64,000 bases of DNA from Moniliella sp. 'wahieum' (Eukaryota). Of this stretch, positions 11,101 to 22,561 are shown piece by piece. Each line of letters opens with the position of its first letter. Position 1 is the first letter of the stretch. The notes below the pieces were generated by a model. It worked only from the letters and a program-made list of their open reading frames with translations, was not told the DNA's origin and searched no databases. The translations under genes and the position numbers were made by a program. Location: NCBI GenBank assembly GCA_003971905.1, contig RSEE01000032.1:496001-560000 (forward strand), written 5' to 3'.

Positions 11101-13272
11101 CGACTCCATTCAAAAGAACACGGCGGCCAGGGAGGCGGCTGAATTGGCCAATCGATCCAAGTCAGAATTCCTTGCCAACATGTCACACGAGATCCGCACC
11201 CCGATGAACGGCATCATTGGCATGACGGCTTTGACCCTTGAAACGGAGTTGACTCGAAGTCAGAGGGAAAACTTGCTGACCGTGTCAAGTTTGGCAGGCA
11301 ACCTGCTGGCCATCATTGATGACATTCTCGACATCTCTAAGATCGAAGCAGGCCGAATGACTGTGGAAGAGGTCCCATTCTCGTTACGTGGAATCGTTTT
11401 CACCATCCTCAAGACGTTGTCGGTTCGTGCGACTCAGAAAAAGCTCAATCTACTGTACGAGGTGAACCCCGATTGCCCTGATGCACTCATCGGGGATGCA
11501 CTCCGTCTCAAACAGATTATCACCAACTTGATTGGCAACGCTGTGAAGTTCACCGAAGCGGGGGGGCACGTCTCGCTCAAGTGTCGACTGGCGGAAGTGC
11601 TGAACGAGAACGAGCTTAAGCTCGAGTTCTGCGCCTCCGACTCGGGGATTGGCATTAAAGCAGAGAAGCTCGACTTGATCTTTGACACATTTTGCCAAGC
11701 AGACGGCTCTACAACGCGCAAGTATGGTGGCACCTGGGCTGGCCTAAGTATTTCCCGCCGGCTTGCCAACCTTATGGGCGGGTGATTTGTGGGTCGAGTC
11801 CCAATATGGCCATGGCTCAGACTTCTACTTCACCATGGTGGTTAAGCTGGACCAACAACTGCTCAACCCGGCCGTGCTGGCGGAGAAGGTTAAGCCTTAC
11901 CGTGGGCGGCACGTCCTTTTCCTCGATACGCTTCACGATACAACTGGAATCCACTCTATGCTGACCGACTTGGGCTTCAAAGCCACTACATGCCACTCGA
12001 TCGAAGACGCACGCACACTGGTGCATGCGGGACCCTGGCCTAGTCGTCGCATCAGCATGGTGGGGGGGTCCGGTTCGGCCGCCCGATCAGGTCTCGCAAG
12101 GATTCGGACCCAATCGAGGGAAGGAGGGTTTTCCAACGGCAGGTACCCAGCTCGATATGATTCTCAATTCGCCTACTCGTCTACCCTGGATTGCCCTCCC
12201 GGATACGACGTGTCGGACTATGGCTCGATGGACCCGTGGCAGGTGTCCGGCGCTCGAGCGGCGGAGCAACCTCGTATCTTAGCCTCCTCGCCTACTTCGG
12301 CGTCGCCTGTTACCCCCGTATCGCCCACAAACCCTAACACGCTCAACCGATCAACGGAGGGAACTCCCTCCACTGCTCTTGTTCGGCACCGCAGGACTTC
12401 AAGCCGCAACAATACGGATGACTACCCCCGCATCGAGGCCATCTTAGTTGACTCTGTCGCGGCGGTGGAAGAGTTGAGATCGGTGGAGCACTTGCGCTAC
12501 ATCTCCGTCAACCTCATCATTCCTCAAGGAGAGGAGCTCAACATGACCTATGCTCTTGATCATGGGATTGTCTCGTGCACCACCAAACCAATGGCACCTG
12601 TCGATCTGTATAACGCGTTGCTCCCCTCACTCGAATCGTCCACCATGGCGCCCGGAGAAGGAGAGTCAGAGGCAACATACGACATTTTGCTTGCCGAGGA
12701 CAACGAAGTCAACCAGAAACTGGCGTGCAAGATGCTGGAGAATAAGGGCCATCGAATCGAGGTAGTATCCAACGGTGCTGAGGCTGTTCTTGCTCGTCAA
12801 GGGGCCAAGCCGTTTGATGTGATCTTGATGGACGTTTCGATGCCAGTGATGGGGGGCATTGATGCCACTGTTGCAATCCGCGCATGGGAAGCCGAGATGG
12901 ACCGAGAGCCAGTACCCATTGTGGCTCTCACAGCTCATGCCATGTTGGGTGACAAAGGTAGGTGCCTACTCGCTCATTTTCATGATTATGTACTAACAAT
13001 GTTATGCTTCAGAAAAATGCCTCGAAGCCGGCATGAATGGCTACGTTTCCAAGCCAATTCGTCGCAACGAGTTGATGAGCACCCTGCGCAATCTGTTGGC
13101 TAACAAGCAGACGGCCGCTTCCCGAGCCGAGAAGGCTCGGGGGAGCATTGGAGGGGGATCGGCTCGCTCTGTCTCGGCAGCGCTATCGCAAGCTTTATCG
13201 TCCCAAGCAGTTTCAGAAGCTGTCGCGATCGCCGCCACCACATCTACCTCTTCCAATCCGTCCGTCTTGTAA
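8158..13272 (+). CDS. NIK1: Group III hybrid histidine kinase (Nik1/Os-1/Tco1-like): poly-HAMP, HisKA, HATPase, degenerate and canonical receiver domains
   Basis: [30 protein letters not shown], then six ~92-aa HAMP-type repeats ([54 protein letters not shown]). H-box [16 protein letters not shown]-box [11 protein letters not shown]-boxes DSGIGI and TTRKYGGT, receiver [25 protein letters not shown]. Introns at 9285..9342 and 12958..13012. The start at ATG 8158 (MASVSAPP) needs one frameshift and is uncertain. Confidence 0.93.
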
Positions 13273-15192
13273 CAAACGCTTCAGTCATTGGTTGCTAGAC
13301 GTTCAATGCTCAACCCATAACCACACCGCATGTCCTTTCGGACGCAAAGGAGAGAATTGGTGTGGGTCCCTGCCAACTTTGCTCTCAGCTTTTCTTCGCC
13401 TTATCATCATTGTCATCGATTCCACCCTCGCTAGCCGCTGTCGCAGGGTTGCTACCCCGATCTGCCATCCTGCTTATGTCTAAGATTTTAGACCTTTACG
13501 GCCACCGCACGCGGTGCATGTTCAAACACATTCCCATCACAGTTGCACTGTACTGTACCCCTGATGAAGGGACCGGGTGTACTAATTATTCCTCATCTTG
13601 TCTCTACCTCCTGTCCTCGGTCCAAACTTACGTGTGTATGTCGGTCTCCGTCCTGGCTGCTCTACCCCTATCCGCGTTTCCTCTGCCTCTGTATCTTTTC
13701 GCCTGCTATGATCGCTTGGACATCATCGATCATCGTGCTACGGGCTGATGGTTGATAACCGTACCTGTACTCTACCCGCTTCTTCGACACCGTCATTTTT
13801 CTCGATCCCAAAGGCTGTGGCAAGTGGCAAGGATTGAACTTTGACTACTGCGCGCGCGCTGTACGTCGCCTCCTGGTAGTCTCACTCAGTTCCCACAACT
13901 GTCCTCAAGCTTTGCGGCCCCTCACGCGGAGGCCTTAGGGGCCCGACGTCTTGGTAATGACCAGCTGAATATGACCCGTTATAGGTGTTATGCATTACGA
14001 GGAAGTGCTATTTGATGAGCTTTTCTTAGAGCCAAGGCTTCGCTCTCTCCGCGGTGATGAACAAGTGGGATGGGATTTAGTCTGGCGGGGAGGAATTTAC
14101 ACCCAAAACACCATCTTCATATCTTCTTCAATGACGCTGCGAATATAACAGAGAGAAGAGAGTCTCATAAGCAAGCGCCGGCGCCCTCCATAATACTACG
14201 AGTCTCAACACTGGCATACTTAGTACGGTGCGACTGCCTACTAGCAATGGCACCGCATTCTACTCCAGTGGTATACCTCTCTCTGCCTGTCTTCTCCCCA
14301 CATTCTGTCGGCCCACAAGGACTGCTCCGTCTCAAAGCCACCACCATCTCATTGTTCCTTTTCTCCCATGTTTGTAGTGGAAGCAGCATCAAGCCTCATC
14401 TTCCCACCCACCCACATCCTCGCTGGCGGGCCCATGGCCCAGACGGAAGCATTTCCCTTTCAACTGGCTTACGCGCCGTTGTGCTGCCGCCTTCCCGCTC
14501 CAGCGCATGTAGGCCAACACCGCCTTGGGCCAGCAACGCTCGGTGCATGCCTCGCCAACAAGGTCTCCATGTCACGCTCTTCCCACCGCCCGCCCGAGAT
14601 GACCCCCTGAGGAGGGGGGAGGCCGTGTTTGAAGATGTTTAGTACAATCTCAGCTCGACAACCGTCATCCTGCGTCCACGCCTCTTCTCCACAGGAGGCT
14701 AGTGGGGCTTTTCGACCACGGTACTTCTGCCGCGCCCGTTCTTCATTGCCTCGTCCGCAACCGGTCGTGGTGGGGTTGTTGGAGCACTGCCCCAATCACG
14801 CCATCCTGCGTAACATAATCACCCCTCTTATCCGCCCGGACGCTCCCTCTGCTCCGCGGTACGCTCGGCTATACAAGGTCCTGCACTTCTCAGATCTCAT
14901 AGCCTCCTGTACCTCTCCTCTGGCCTCAGAACCCCATCCTCCATTCTCCGACCTTCAGGACGCCGTACGCCCGACCGCTCTCCCGGGCCCTTTCTCGGAA
15001 CGCATATCGTGACGCGCGTGACGCAAAGGAAGTTGGAACTGACGCGTGAAGACGACGGAATGCCATTGTTCTGTGCGACGCTGGGTGCAACTTGATAGCG
15101 CTGAGCAGAGGCAGGAGCCACGACGGGCTGCCGATGAGAGTCTGTAGGGTGCAGTTGCGCATCGGCCTGCATCGGCTGCTTCGTCGGGGCGG

Positions 15193-15675
15193 GTTTAACG
15201 TTTAGCGTTTAGCGTTTAGCGTTTAACGTTTAACGTTTAACGCGTGCGTTTAACGCCTAAGACGGAAAATTGTAGGACGGCCGTGCACCATCGACCATCC
15301 ATCATGCATCATGCATCATGTGATGGTCGATGGTAGCAGCCCGTGACGCGTGACGTGTGACGAATGACGCGTTGCATGACGCATGTCACATGTCACATTC
15401 ATACACTTGTCACACTTGTCACATTTGCCTATGGGTGCGGTCCATGGCCTTGAATGGCCTGAGAGACGCAGGACTTATTGGGTCGATCATCTCGATCATC
15501 ATCGACAACATCGACATCATCGACATCATCGCTGCGGCCGAGGGCGCTGAGCGCGCTGAGCCGCGCTGAGCGGTTGAGCCGTTGAGAGTCGAGAACGCGA
15601 AAGCTGAGGCACCGAGTCACCGGTCATGCATCATGCAGCTCATGCCTCTCGGCTGACCGGTGACACCGGTGACAC
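15193..15675. repeat. Mosaic of successive palindromic 7/9-nt arrays upstream of the peroxiredoxin gene
   Basis: (GTTTARC)7 at 15193-15241. 13-bp inverted repeat ACCATCGACCATC/GATGGTCGATGGT around (ATCATGC)n at 15287-15334. Then (GTGACGC)n, (GTCACAT)n, (CATCATCGA)-like, (GCTGAGC)-like and TGACCGGTGACACCGGTGAC blocks. Confidence 0.9.
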
Positions 15676-15828
15676 TTCAGTTCGGTTCGCAGGTCGTCGG
15701 GATTCTCCTCGATCTCAAGGAACGCATATAAAACCGTTGTCGTCCGTCTGTCGGCCCCCGCTGCTTGCACCCCCCCTCCCCCCCGTCCCAAGCACCGACC
15801 GCTCGCTTGTGCTTTATCCCTCATCCAC

Positions 15829-16581
15829 CATGCATCAGCTTCTGTCCAAGCACCCCAAGAAGGGTCAGATCTTCAAAACAGGCAACATGCGCTTGAAGGA
15901 GAACTCTCCAGAAGTTGCCACCATCAATCTTGAGGGTCCCTGGCAAAGTGCTTGTCCTAGGCGTCCCCGGCGCCTTCACTCCTCCCTGTTCAGAGGAGGT
16001 CCACAACTTCATTGCCCGCAAGGCTGAATTTGCCGCCGCTGGTATCACAGGCATTTGTGAGTCTCCTGTTGCGAATTATTCGTTCCCTCACTTCAGGTGT
16101 GTGCTCCGTTGATTGAAACACGACTGACTTTCGCCTTCCCAACTATACCAGACGTGGTATCTGTAAACGATGCGTTCATTATGAGCGCCTGGAAGAAGGC
16201 CCTCTTTGCCGCGATCGAAGGGACCAGTAGTAGCCCTCCTCGGCGGAAGGGGACGAATCATCAACTGGTGGCAGCCTTCCCGCCTTCCATTTCCTCGCTG
16301 ATGACACTGGCAAGTTCACCAGCGAGATTGGGATGGAGTTCAACGCCGAGAAGTTGCTGGGCAGCAAACGCAGCAAGCGCTACGTTCTCTTCCTCGAAGA
16401 TGGGCTCGTGCGTGAGATCTTTGTTGAGAACGACCCGACTATTGTGGCTGTCACCGCAGCGGACAACGTTCTCACTGCCGTGATGCAGGCATCTGCGATG
16501 CCTCAACACACGTACCACACGGGCCTCGAAAGTAGGGGTCCCTCGCTTGTGTATGAGCGCAACACAGCGATTGTGCTATAA
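15829..16581 (+). CDS. AHP1: Type II / Prx5-Ahp1 family peroxiredoxin (Redoxin)
   Basis: LKENSPE, GKVLVLGVPGAFTPPCS (peroxidatic Cys), YVVSVNDAFIMSAW, FHFLADDTGKF, SKRSKRYVLFLEDG. Intron 16057..16151 (GTGAGT..CTGAC..CAG). TATA-like CATATAAAA near 15726. Frameshifts present. Confidence 0.88.
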
Positions 16582-17168
16582 TATGCCGTCCTCACGGGGT
16601 CACCCCTAACCTTCCTGTGTTTCGCCTTTTCGCTACTGGACTCTTCAGACTGCCTGTGATGTGAGGTTGCTGCGCGGCGGATCAGAAAAGCAGACAAAGC
16701 CTAGAACTGTCGGAGGGAGTAGACCATACTTAGAGGGTGACTTGGGAGCATCTGAGGATCCTATCAGTGGGATTACCTACTATAAAGTAAGCAACCTTCA
16801 GACAAGGCGTGAAGACAAAGTGGTGGTGAGCCTCAAGTCTTTAAGCAACGTCTGAAGGGAAGGAGACAGGAAACAGAGAAGGGTGCCTGAGCGAGCAGGA
16901 GGGGGTGAGGGTGAGCCTCACCGCTGAGCCACTCTCCCCTGACGAAGCGGGTGCCATCGATCAACGTCGTTCGATCAAGTTGTGGGTGGCGCACAGGAAC
17001 CCTAGCACTACCCCCTCGCAATGTAGTCACCGATCGAATCTCGAAAGAAAGGTAACGCGTGACGCGTGACGGCTGAATTCACACTTTGAGTACGGTCGAT
17101 TCAGGTAGGATTCAGTTATTCAGGCCTCAGGCTTGATCAGGCTCCTGGCTCAGCCACCAGACACCACC

Positions 17169-18065
17169 ATGCCTACCACCAGCGAGGGCATTGTTGTTTG
17201 CGGCGGCGAAATTGTGTCCAACATCCCAGTTGCCTCCGACAATAAGCTGCGCCCCACTTACGAGGAAATCCACCAACTCATTGGCAATGCTGCGTCGAAG
17301 ATCAAGGAAGAGTTTGGCTTCCCCGACATCCTCATCATGATTGCTGGTGGTGGCCTGATCCCGGCCGTATCATGCGCTCCTTCCTCAAGTGTCCCGTCCC
17401 AGGCCAGCCGGGCAAACTGCGTAATATTCCTACGCAAGCTATTGGCTTGTCCCTGTATGAGGAAGTCGCTGGTTCCAACGAGGGCCATTTGGGCCGTGAG
17501 GTGGTGCGTACCCAATGGCTGAATGAGAAGACCGTTTTAGGACACAGGGGTGGCGCGGGTACTCCCAAGCTCGAGGAGGGCAAGGACGCTGGAGGCCTGG
17601 TTGGAAAACGCATCCTCGTTGTCGACGAGGTTGACGACAGCCGGACGACTCTGCAATATGCTTACCAAGAGCTGCGCAAGGATGTGCGCGCTGCTCTGGA
17701 TATCATGACTCCCGAAGAGCGCGCATCTCTCCCTCCTACTCAGTTTGCCCTGTTTGTTGTCAACAACAAGCGCAACAACAAGAAGGGAAGCCTTCCCATT
17801 CTTCAACCCGGCTCCAACCCCGCTCCCGTTGACGGTCTGATCGAGGGTGTCCGCTATTATGCTGGTGGCGAGACGGAGAATGTTTGGATGTGCGTATCGC
17901 CTCACTGCGCCTATGCATGGAATCCCTTTTCTAACCATTCTTGCTTTTCCTAGTGTCTATCCTTGGGAAGAGCAGGACATCATCGAACACAACCGTCTTG
18001 CTGCCAAGGCGAAAGCTGATGCCGCCGCCAAGGTCAAATCAGATGTTGCTACCAAGTCGTCTTGA
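17169..18065 (+). CDS. XPT1: Hypoxanthine/xanthine phosphoribosyltransferase (Hpt1/Xpt1 family)
   Basis: RPTYEEIHQLI, IAGGGLIPA, NIPTQAIGLSLYEE, VVRTQWL, PRPP motif RILVVDEVDDSRTTLQYA, C-terminal WIVYPWEEQDIIEH. Intron 17890..17953. One frameshift near 17370. Confidence 0.88.
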
Positions 18066-18405
18066 ACGGGTTCGTACGCACACGAAGTTTATCTTTCTCT
18101 TGTTCCGGCTTCTACAGTAGGTATTTTTGCACCTACGACCCTTCGCATGCTTTCCCAGCCCTCCCTATCAATGATACTTTGGTGAACTACAATTGCACCG
18201 TGACACCTTGGGTGGTTGTAGTGATTCAATGCGTGGTAGATAGACAAGGGGTGCCAAGCAGGGTGGCACAGTAAGTACACATCGGAAATCACAACGCTGG
18301 AGTTGGGTGCCAAAGGATGCTTCACTGTCGCCCAACAAATACAACACGTCCCGCACCTGTCGATTAGGTCCCATGAGTACAAAACATGCCCGAAGGCTAC
18401 GATGC

Positions 18406-19056
18406 CTACACCGGGTAGGTCGTGACGAAGCCCTTGCCCTTGTAGTCTTCGGCCGAGACACCAGTGATAGGGTCGTTCTTTTCGTACCGTGCCTTGGCAT
18501 TCATGGCCTGCTGCCACTCGGTGTTCCATGTTATGGGGCGGTCCTTGGCACCTAGTGGACGCGGCAACAAGTGTTAGCAACACGCGCGGGGTAAACTTGA
18601 GGAAAGCATACATACCACCCAAATGTTGGATCCCGGTGGTCAGCAGCACGCCTAGTGCGCAAGACACAACCACTCCCACAAATACCTTGGCCTGGGTATG
18701 GGGGGGCTCAGGCTTACGGGGGCCATAGGGGCCATAGGAAATGTAGTAGGCGGCGCGCTTCTCGTTGGCAGTGAGATCATTCCAGTCCTTCTTCATAATG
18801 TCCTCGAGCATAACCCAGGTGCCAATCGCTCCGGCTTGCTCAGGTACTTCCACTTGCCCTCAATGTCGGGAATGTTGTGGGAAAGGTCAATTTTGCCAGC
18901 CTTAACCAGGGTGGTGGCCTGGTGCCAGTCGTCCTCGTTCCAGCGCTCGGCAGCCGAAACCATGCCGCGGCGGGCAATGGTGGGAGAGGCCAGACGGAGG
19001 GAAGACGCGGCCCGTACGGACGGGCGCACGGCAGCGGCTGAGCGGAGGGCGAGCAT
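18406..19056 (-). CDS. COX5: Cytochrome c oxidase subunit IV/Va (Cox5 family) with mitochondrial presequence
   Basis: R/A/S-rich presequence MLALRSAAAVRPSVRAASS, NIPDIEGKW, MKKDWNDLTANEKRAAYYISYGPYGPR, a TM helix, and C-terminal NDPITGVSAEDYKGKGFV. Intron ~18552..18615. Confidence 0.9.
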
Positions 19057-20825
19057 GGCGGGGAAACAGCACACCGGGCTGGTGAAGGAAGAAACAGCGG
19101 TGATGCAGCTCCGCAAGGGACAGACGCCGCTGGCTGGGCCAAGCGGAGCGGATTTGTCCAGGCGCGAAGACGGCAGGGGCAGTGGCGGGGCGGGGCTCTT
19201 GAGCCCGCACGCGCCTCAGCGCGCTGCTCAGCCAGAGCGGCCCGCCTGCCCTGGCTGAAACCAGAGCACTCGGTGCAACTGAAGTTGTTGCAACATTTCA
19301 GCCGCCCCCCTGCCGCCCACAGCCCACTGCGACACCTGAGGCTCACGTGTCTGGGGGAACGGGGCTTGTGCATGTGATACCACGCCGTGCCCCGCCGCCC
19401 TTTCTCCCACCACAAAAGTCCCGCTCCAAGCACGAGCGCTTCGACTCAGTGTCCTCACCGTCGAATGCATTCCCCTTATTGTCCAGGATGGGGACGCTGA
19501 CCTAGCCGCAAGAGCCGGTGGAGGCGTAAGGCGTTAATAGGCTGCGATCCTTTTTTCCTCGGTGTTTACACCCCTATACCAATACTGCAAAAGCACATAG
19601 ACGGCGCAGGACGGCGCTCTACAGTGTGCCATCATATGATATCGATTGAGATCTGAGAGGGGTTCATGCCGCCCGTCACGTGTAACATGTAAAGTGCGAA
19701 GTGTGAAGCAGGTCAAGACGATTTTGGTGTCGTCGGGATATAGCATACGAGGAGACACCGGGCCTACGGCCCGACGGTCAGCTGGGGCTTCGCCCCAGTT
19801 TGGTGCTTCGTCGCACCTTAAGGGTCCGCATGTTCCCAATCAGAGCGGGAGGGACGGATGGTAGGACAAGCGATTATCGATTATCGGCGAGTAGTCTAGT
19901 CAAGTGGCTTCACTAGTCACTAGCACTACTCGTCTTCAAATAGTAAATGCGGGTCCACCCATCACCCATGCATCATCCACCAAAAAACAGCGCACGCACT
20001 GCCCCCTGCTTCCGTTTCGCTTCCCAACTGCCCCCATGGCGTCACTGTGTGCGCGTAAAGTACGCCTCTGGGGACGCACAGGCCGGTCTCGATACAGGTC
20101 GCAGGTGAGACAACACTGGCGCCGTGCGGCGGGCCGGGCCAGGCGGACCCAGCAATGCTGCTTGGGAAGTGAGCACTCTTGTCTCATTCAACCGCGACTC
20201 CCTGACCCCATAAAAAGCCTTCATGACTCCATCTGGTCTTCTCTTTGCATCCCTGCGACGCCGACCAACGACACACACAGCACGTGCAATGAGCCGGCTC
20301 GAGCCGTCTTGCCTTCTCTCGCCGCCCGCCCGTCGGCCAGGTTGGCCCGCCGCTCAAACAGGCCCTCCCGCACATGGGGCACAAAGCCGGCAGCCTCCCC
20401 CGTCCTTGCCTTATCCCTCCCAGCCCACTACCCGCGCCTGCGGAGCTGTTGCTTCCCACTCCACTTCCTGCGCTAGCCCCGCTTCCGATGCCCCCCGGCC
20501 GATTTGCAATCTCTGCCACGCCGGCGCCATGCCACCGGCGCTATTCCTCGGACACCTGGCGACGCAGCCGCCCCATTGTCGCCATCGCCACCGCTGCCAG
20601 GGTGGTACCTGCCACTATGCCCCTTCCTGTGCTAGGCAAGAACGCGAATAAGAACGTCTTTACCACTGTTGGTGCACCGGCACCCAAAGTCACCAAGTGT
20701 GAAGCATGCTCGCATGGCAAAAAACCAACACCACCCGTATTTCTCACCCTATCCCAATGAAAATGCAAGCGCTACTCTCCCCTCTAGCACCCACAACTGA
20801 GAGCTAACCCTTACCTTCACGTCAG

Positions 20826-22065
20826 CCTTCTGAGGCCGACGAGATGCAAGCCTACCCAGTGCAACTGGACTATCTCGCCAGCATTGGTGGCACCCAGGTC
20901 ATTGGCCCGTCCTCCGCTTTTCCACGAGTGACAACTACGCCTATCACTTCTGGTGCGGCGGTACTCATTACGGGCGACCGTGGCAAGACCTCCGATTGAC
21001 ATGCAATGCTGGCCCATGACATGGTCACCAACCAAGAGGTGGTGATCAATGTCAGCGACACCGCTGTGGACATGCGTGCCCCGAGCATGCTTCAGGCCCG
21101 GATCCTGCAGGAGGTCCCATGCAGCCGGGCATCATTAACTGGGTGTACTTGCGCGAGGTGTTTCTCTACAACTGCGACCGCTTTTGCATCGTGTTTGACA
21201 GCATGGCTTCCACACTGGGCCGTGTTATCAAACATTATGGCCTCCACGGCCGTGGGCTCCCACTGGGGCACACCCAGTCTCCATCATGAAAAGCAACTCG
21301 TTCTCTTTCTCGCCCCCCTTCATGACCAGGGCATCGTCCATGGCAACCTCACTGGCGAGCACATCCGGGTGGACAGCACCGCCTCCGTCGATCTAATTCC
21401 CGATAACCCTTCCAAGAACGGCGAGGGGATGATTCCCTTCCTTTACTCAACGACGGTCCATGTGACGGGTGCGAGAGCCACGTCCGCATGCGTCCTAGCA
21501 CCAAGCCGAGTGCCTTCCCAAGGTCTACCGTCGTCCACCCGAGGCGCTGCTTGGCACCCACGCCTGGTCAGCTTCCCTCGACCTGTGGGCAGCTGGGTGT
21601 GTGGTTCTGCCGCTGATGACGGGCAAGCTGTCATTTGGACCCCTTGAGCCTGATGGCCGGCCTACGCAGCAGGCGTACAACCAGTACAAGGCGGAGACAC
21701 AGGCCTTTGAGGCCAGCGACACGCCCCTCTTGGCCCAGCTGCAGAGCGCGCTGGATGTCATGCCCAACAGCTTGCTGGCCCACCTTCCAACGGACAAATG
21801 TTAGCAGTTCTTCTTACCCGACGGCACTCTGCGCACCAGCACCAAGCCGATCCCCTCCACCTCACTTTCTCATCGGTGCCAGCACCACCAGAACGAAGCG
21901 AAGTACATGACCTACGACGTTTGCTTCCGGGATGTTGTCGATCAACTTCTCGAGCCCAACCCCAGCCTGCGCATCTCGGCTCAGAAAAAGGCTTTGCAGC
22001 ACCGCTTCCTTGCCCATCAATGCAACACGGACTACCCATCACACAACATTCATCTGCCGCAGTAA
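20826..22065 (+). pseudogene. Degenerate Ser/Thr protein kinase-like sequence (pseudogene or pseudokinase)
   Basis: Kinase subdomain remnants in the expected order: RGKTSD*HAMLAHDMVTNQEVVIN (I-II, in-frame TGA at 20997), LHDQGIVHGNLTGEHIRVD (VIb), DLWAAGCVVLPLMTGKLSF (IX), FRDVVDQLLEPNPSLRISAQ..ALQHRFL (XI). A possible upstream exon starts at ~20289, with an intron ending CAG at 20825. Confidence 0.65.
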
Positions 22066-22465
22066 CCACCATCCGGATTACCTCTACTTGAACTTTTTTT
22101 ATTTGTCTCCGGTGATGCAGGTGATGGAGACTGCTAGCTCCAAAAAGAAGCATATTTCTCTTCCTCGTCACCTTTCTCCCCCCTCTCCTCCTTCCCTCAG
22201 TCGCTGGCACCAAAAACGAGACGATTATAGCCCCACGATTCCAGCTCCCAGTGCATCCCTGTTGTGGCCGTCATTTTCACACATATATCTCCCCTGCCAT
22301 CAAAGGGGTTTATATATTTGGCAAAACCACGAAGACGCTCGGGAGAGTGCCGCACGACGTTGGTGAGATGCGAGGGGGGCAATCTTCTGGTCGCATGCTA
22401 AGCAAGCGTCAAAGATCAATTTTGGCTGTTGGGATAGCATGCCGGAGGAAGGACATGGATAAAAA

Positions 22466-22561
22466 TGACTTCGCCCGGGCTCGAACCGGGGACCTTATCC
22501 GTTATCAAGCGCACTGTGCCCTTGTTAAGGATACGTGATAAACCAACTACACCACGATGCC
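22466..22561 (-). tRNA. tRNA-Val(AAC) with 21-nt intron
   Basis: Reverse complement reads GGCATCG TG GTGTAGTTGGTTTATCAC G TATCC TT AAC A [agggcacagtgcgcttgataa] C GGATA AGGTC CCCGG TTCGAGC CCGGG CGAAGTC A, followed by TTTTT (Pol III terminator). Confidence 0.92.

Noticed and set aside
13362..15172. ORFs 13362..13748, 14070..14642 and 14629..15012
   Set aside because: No recognisable motifs; probably 3'UTR or intergenic chance ORFs.
15193..15241. (TTTAGCG/TTTAACG)n as an interstitial telomere repeat
   Set aside because: It only resembles TTTAGGG, has no GGG runs, and fits the AACGTT-T heptamer family better.
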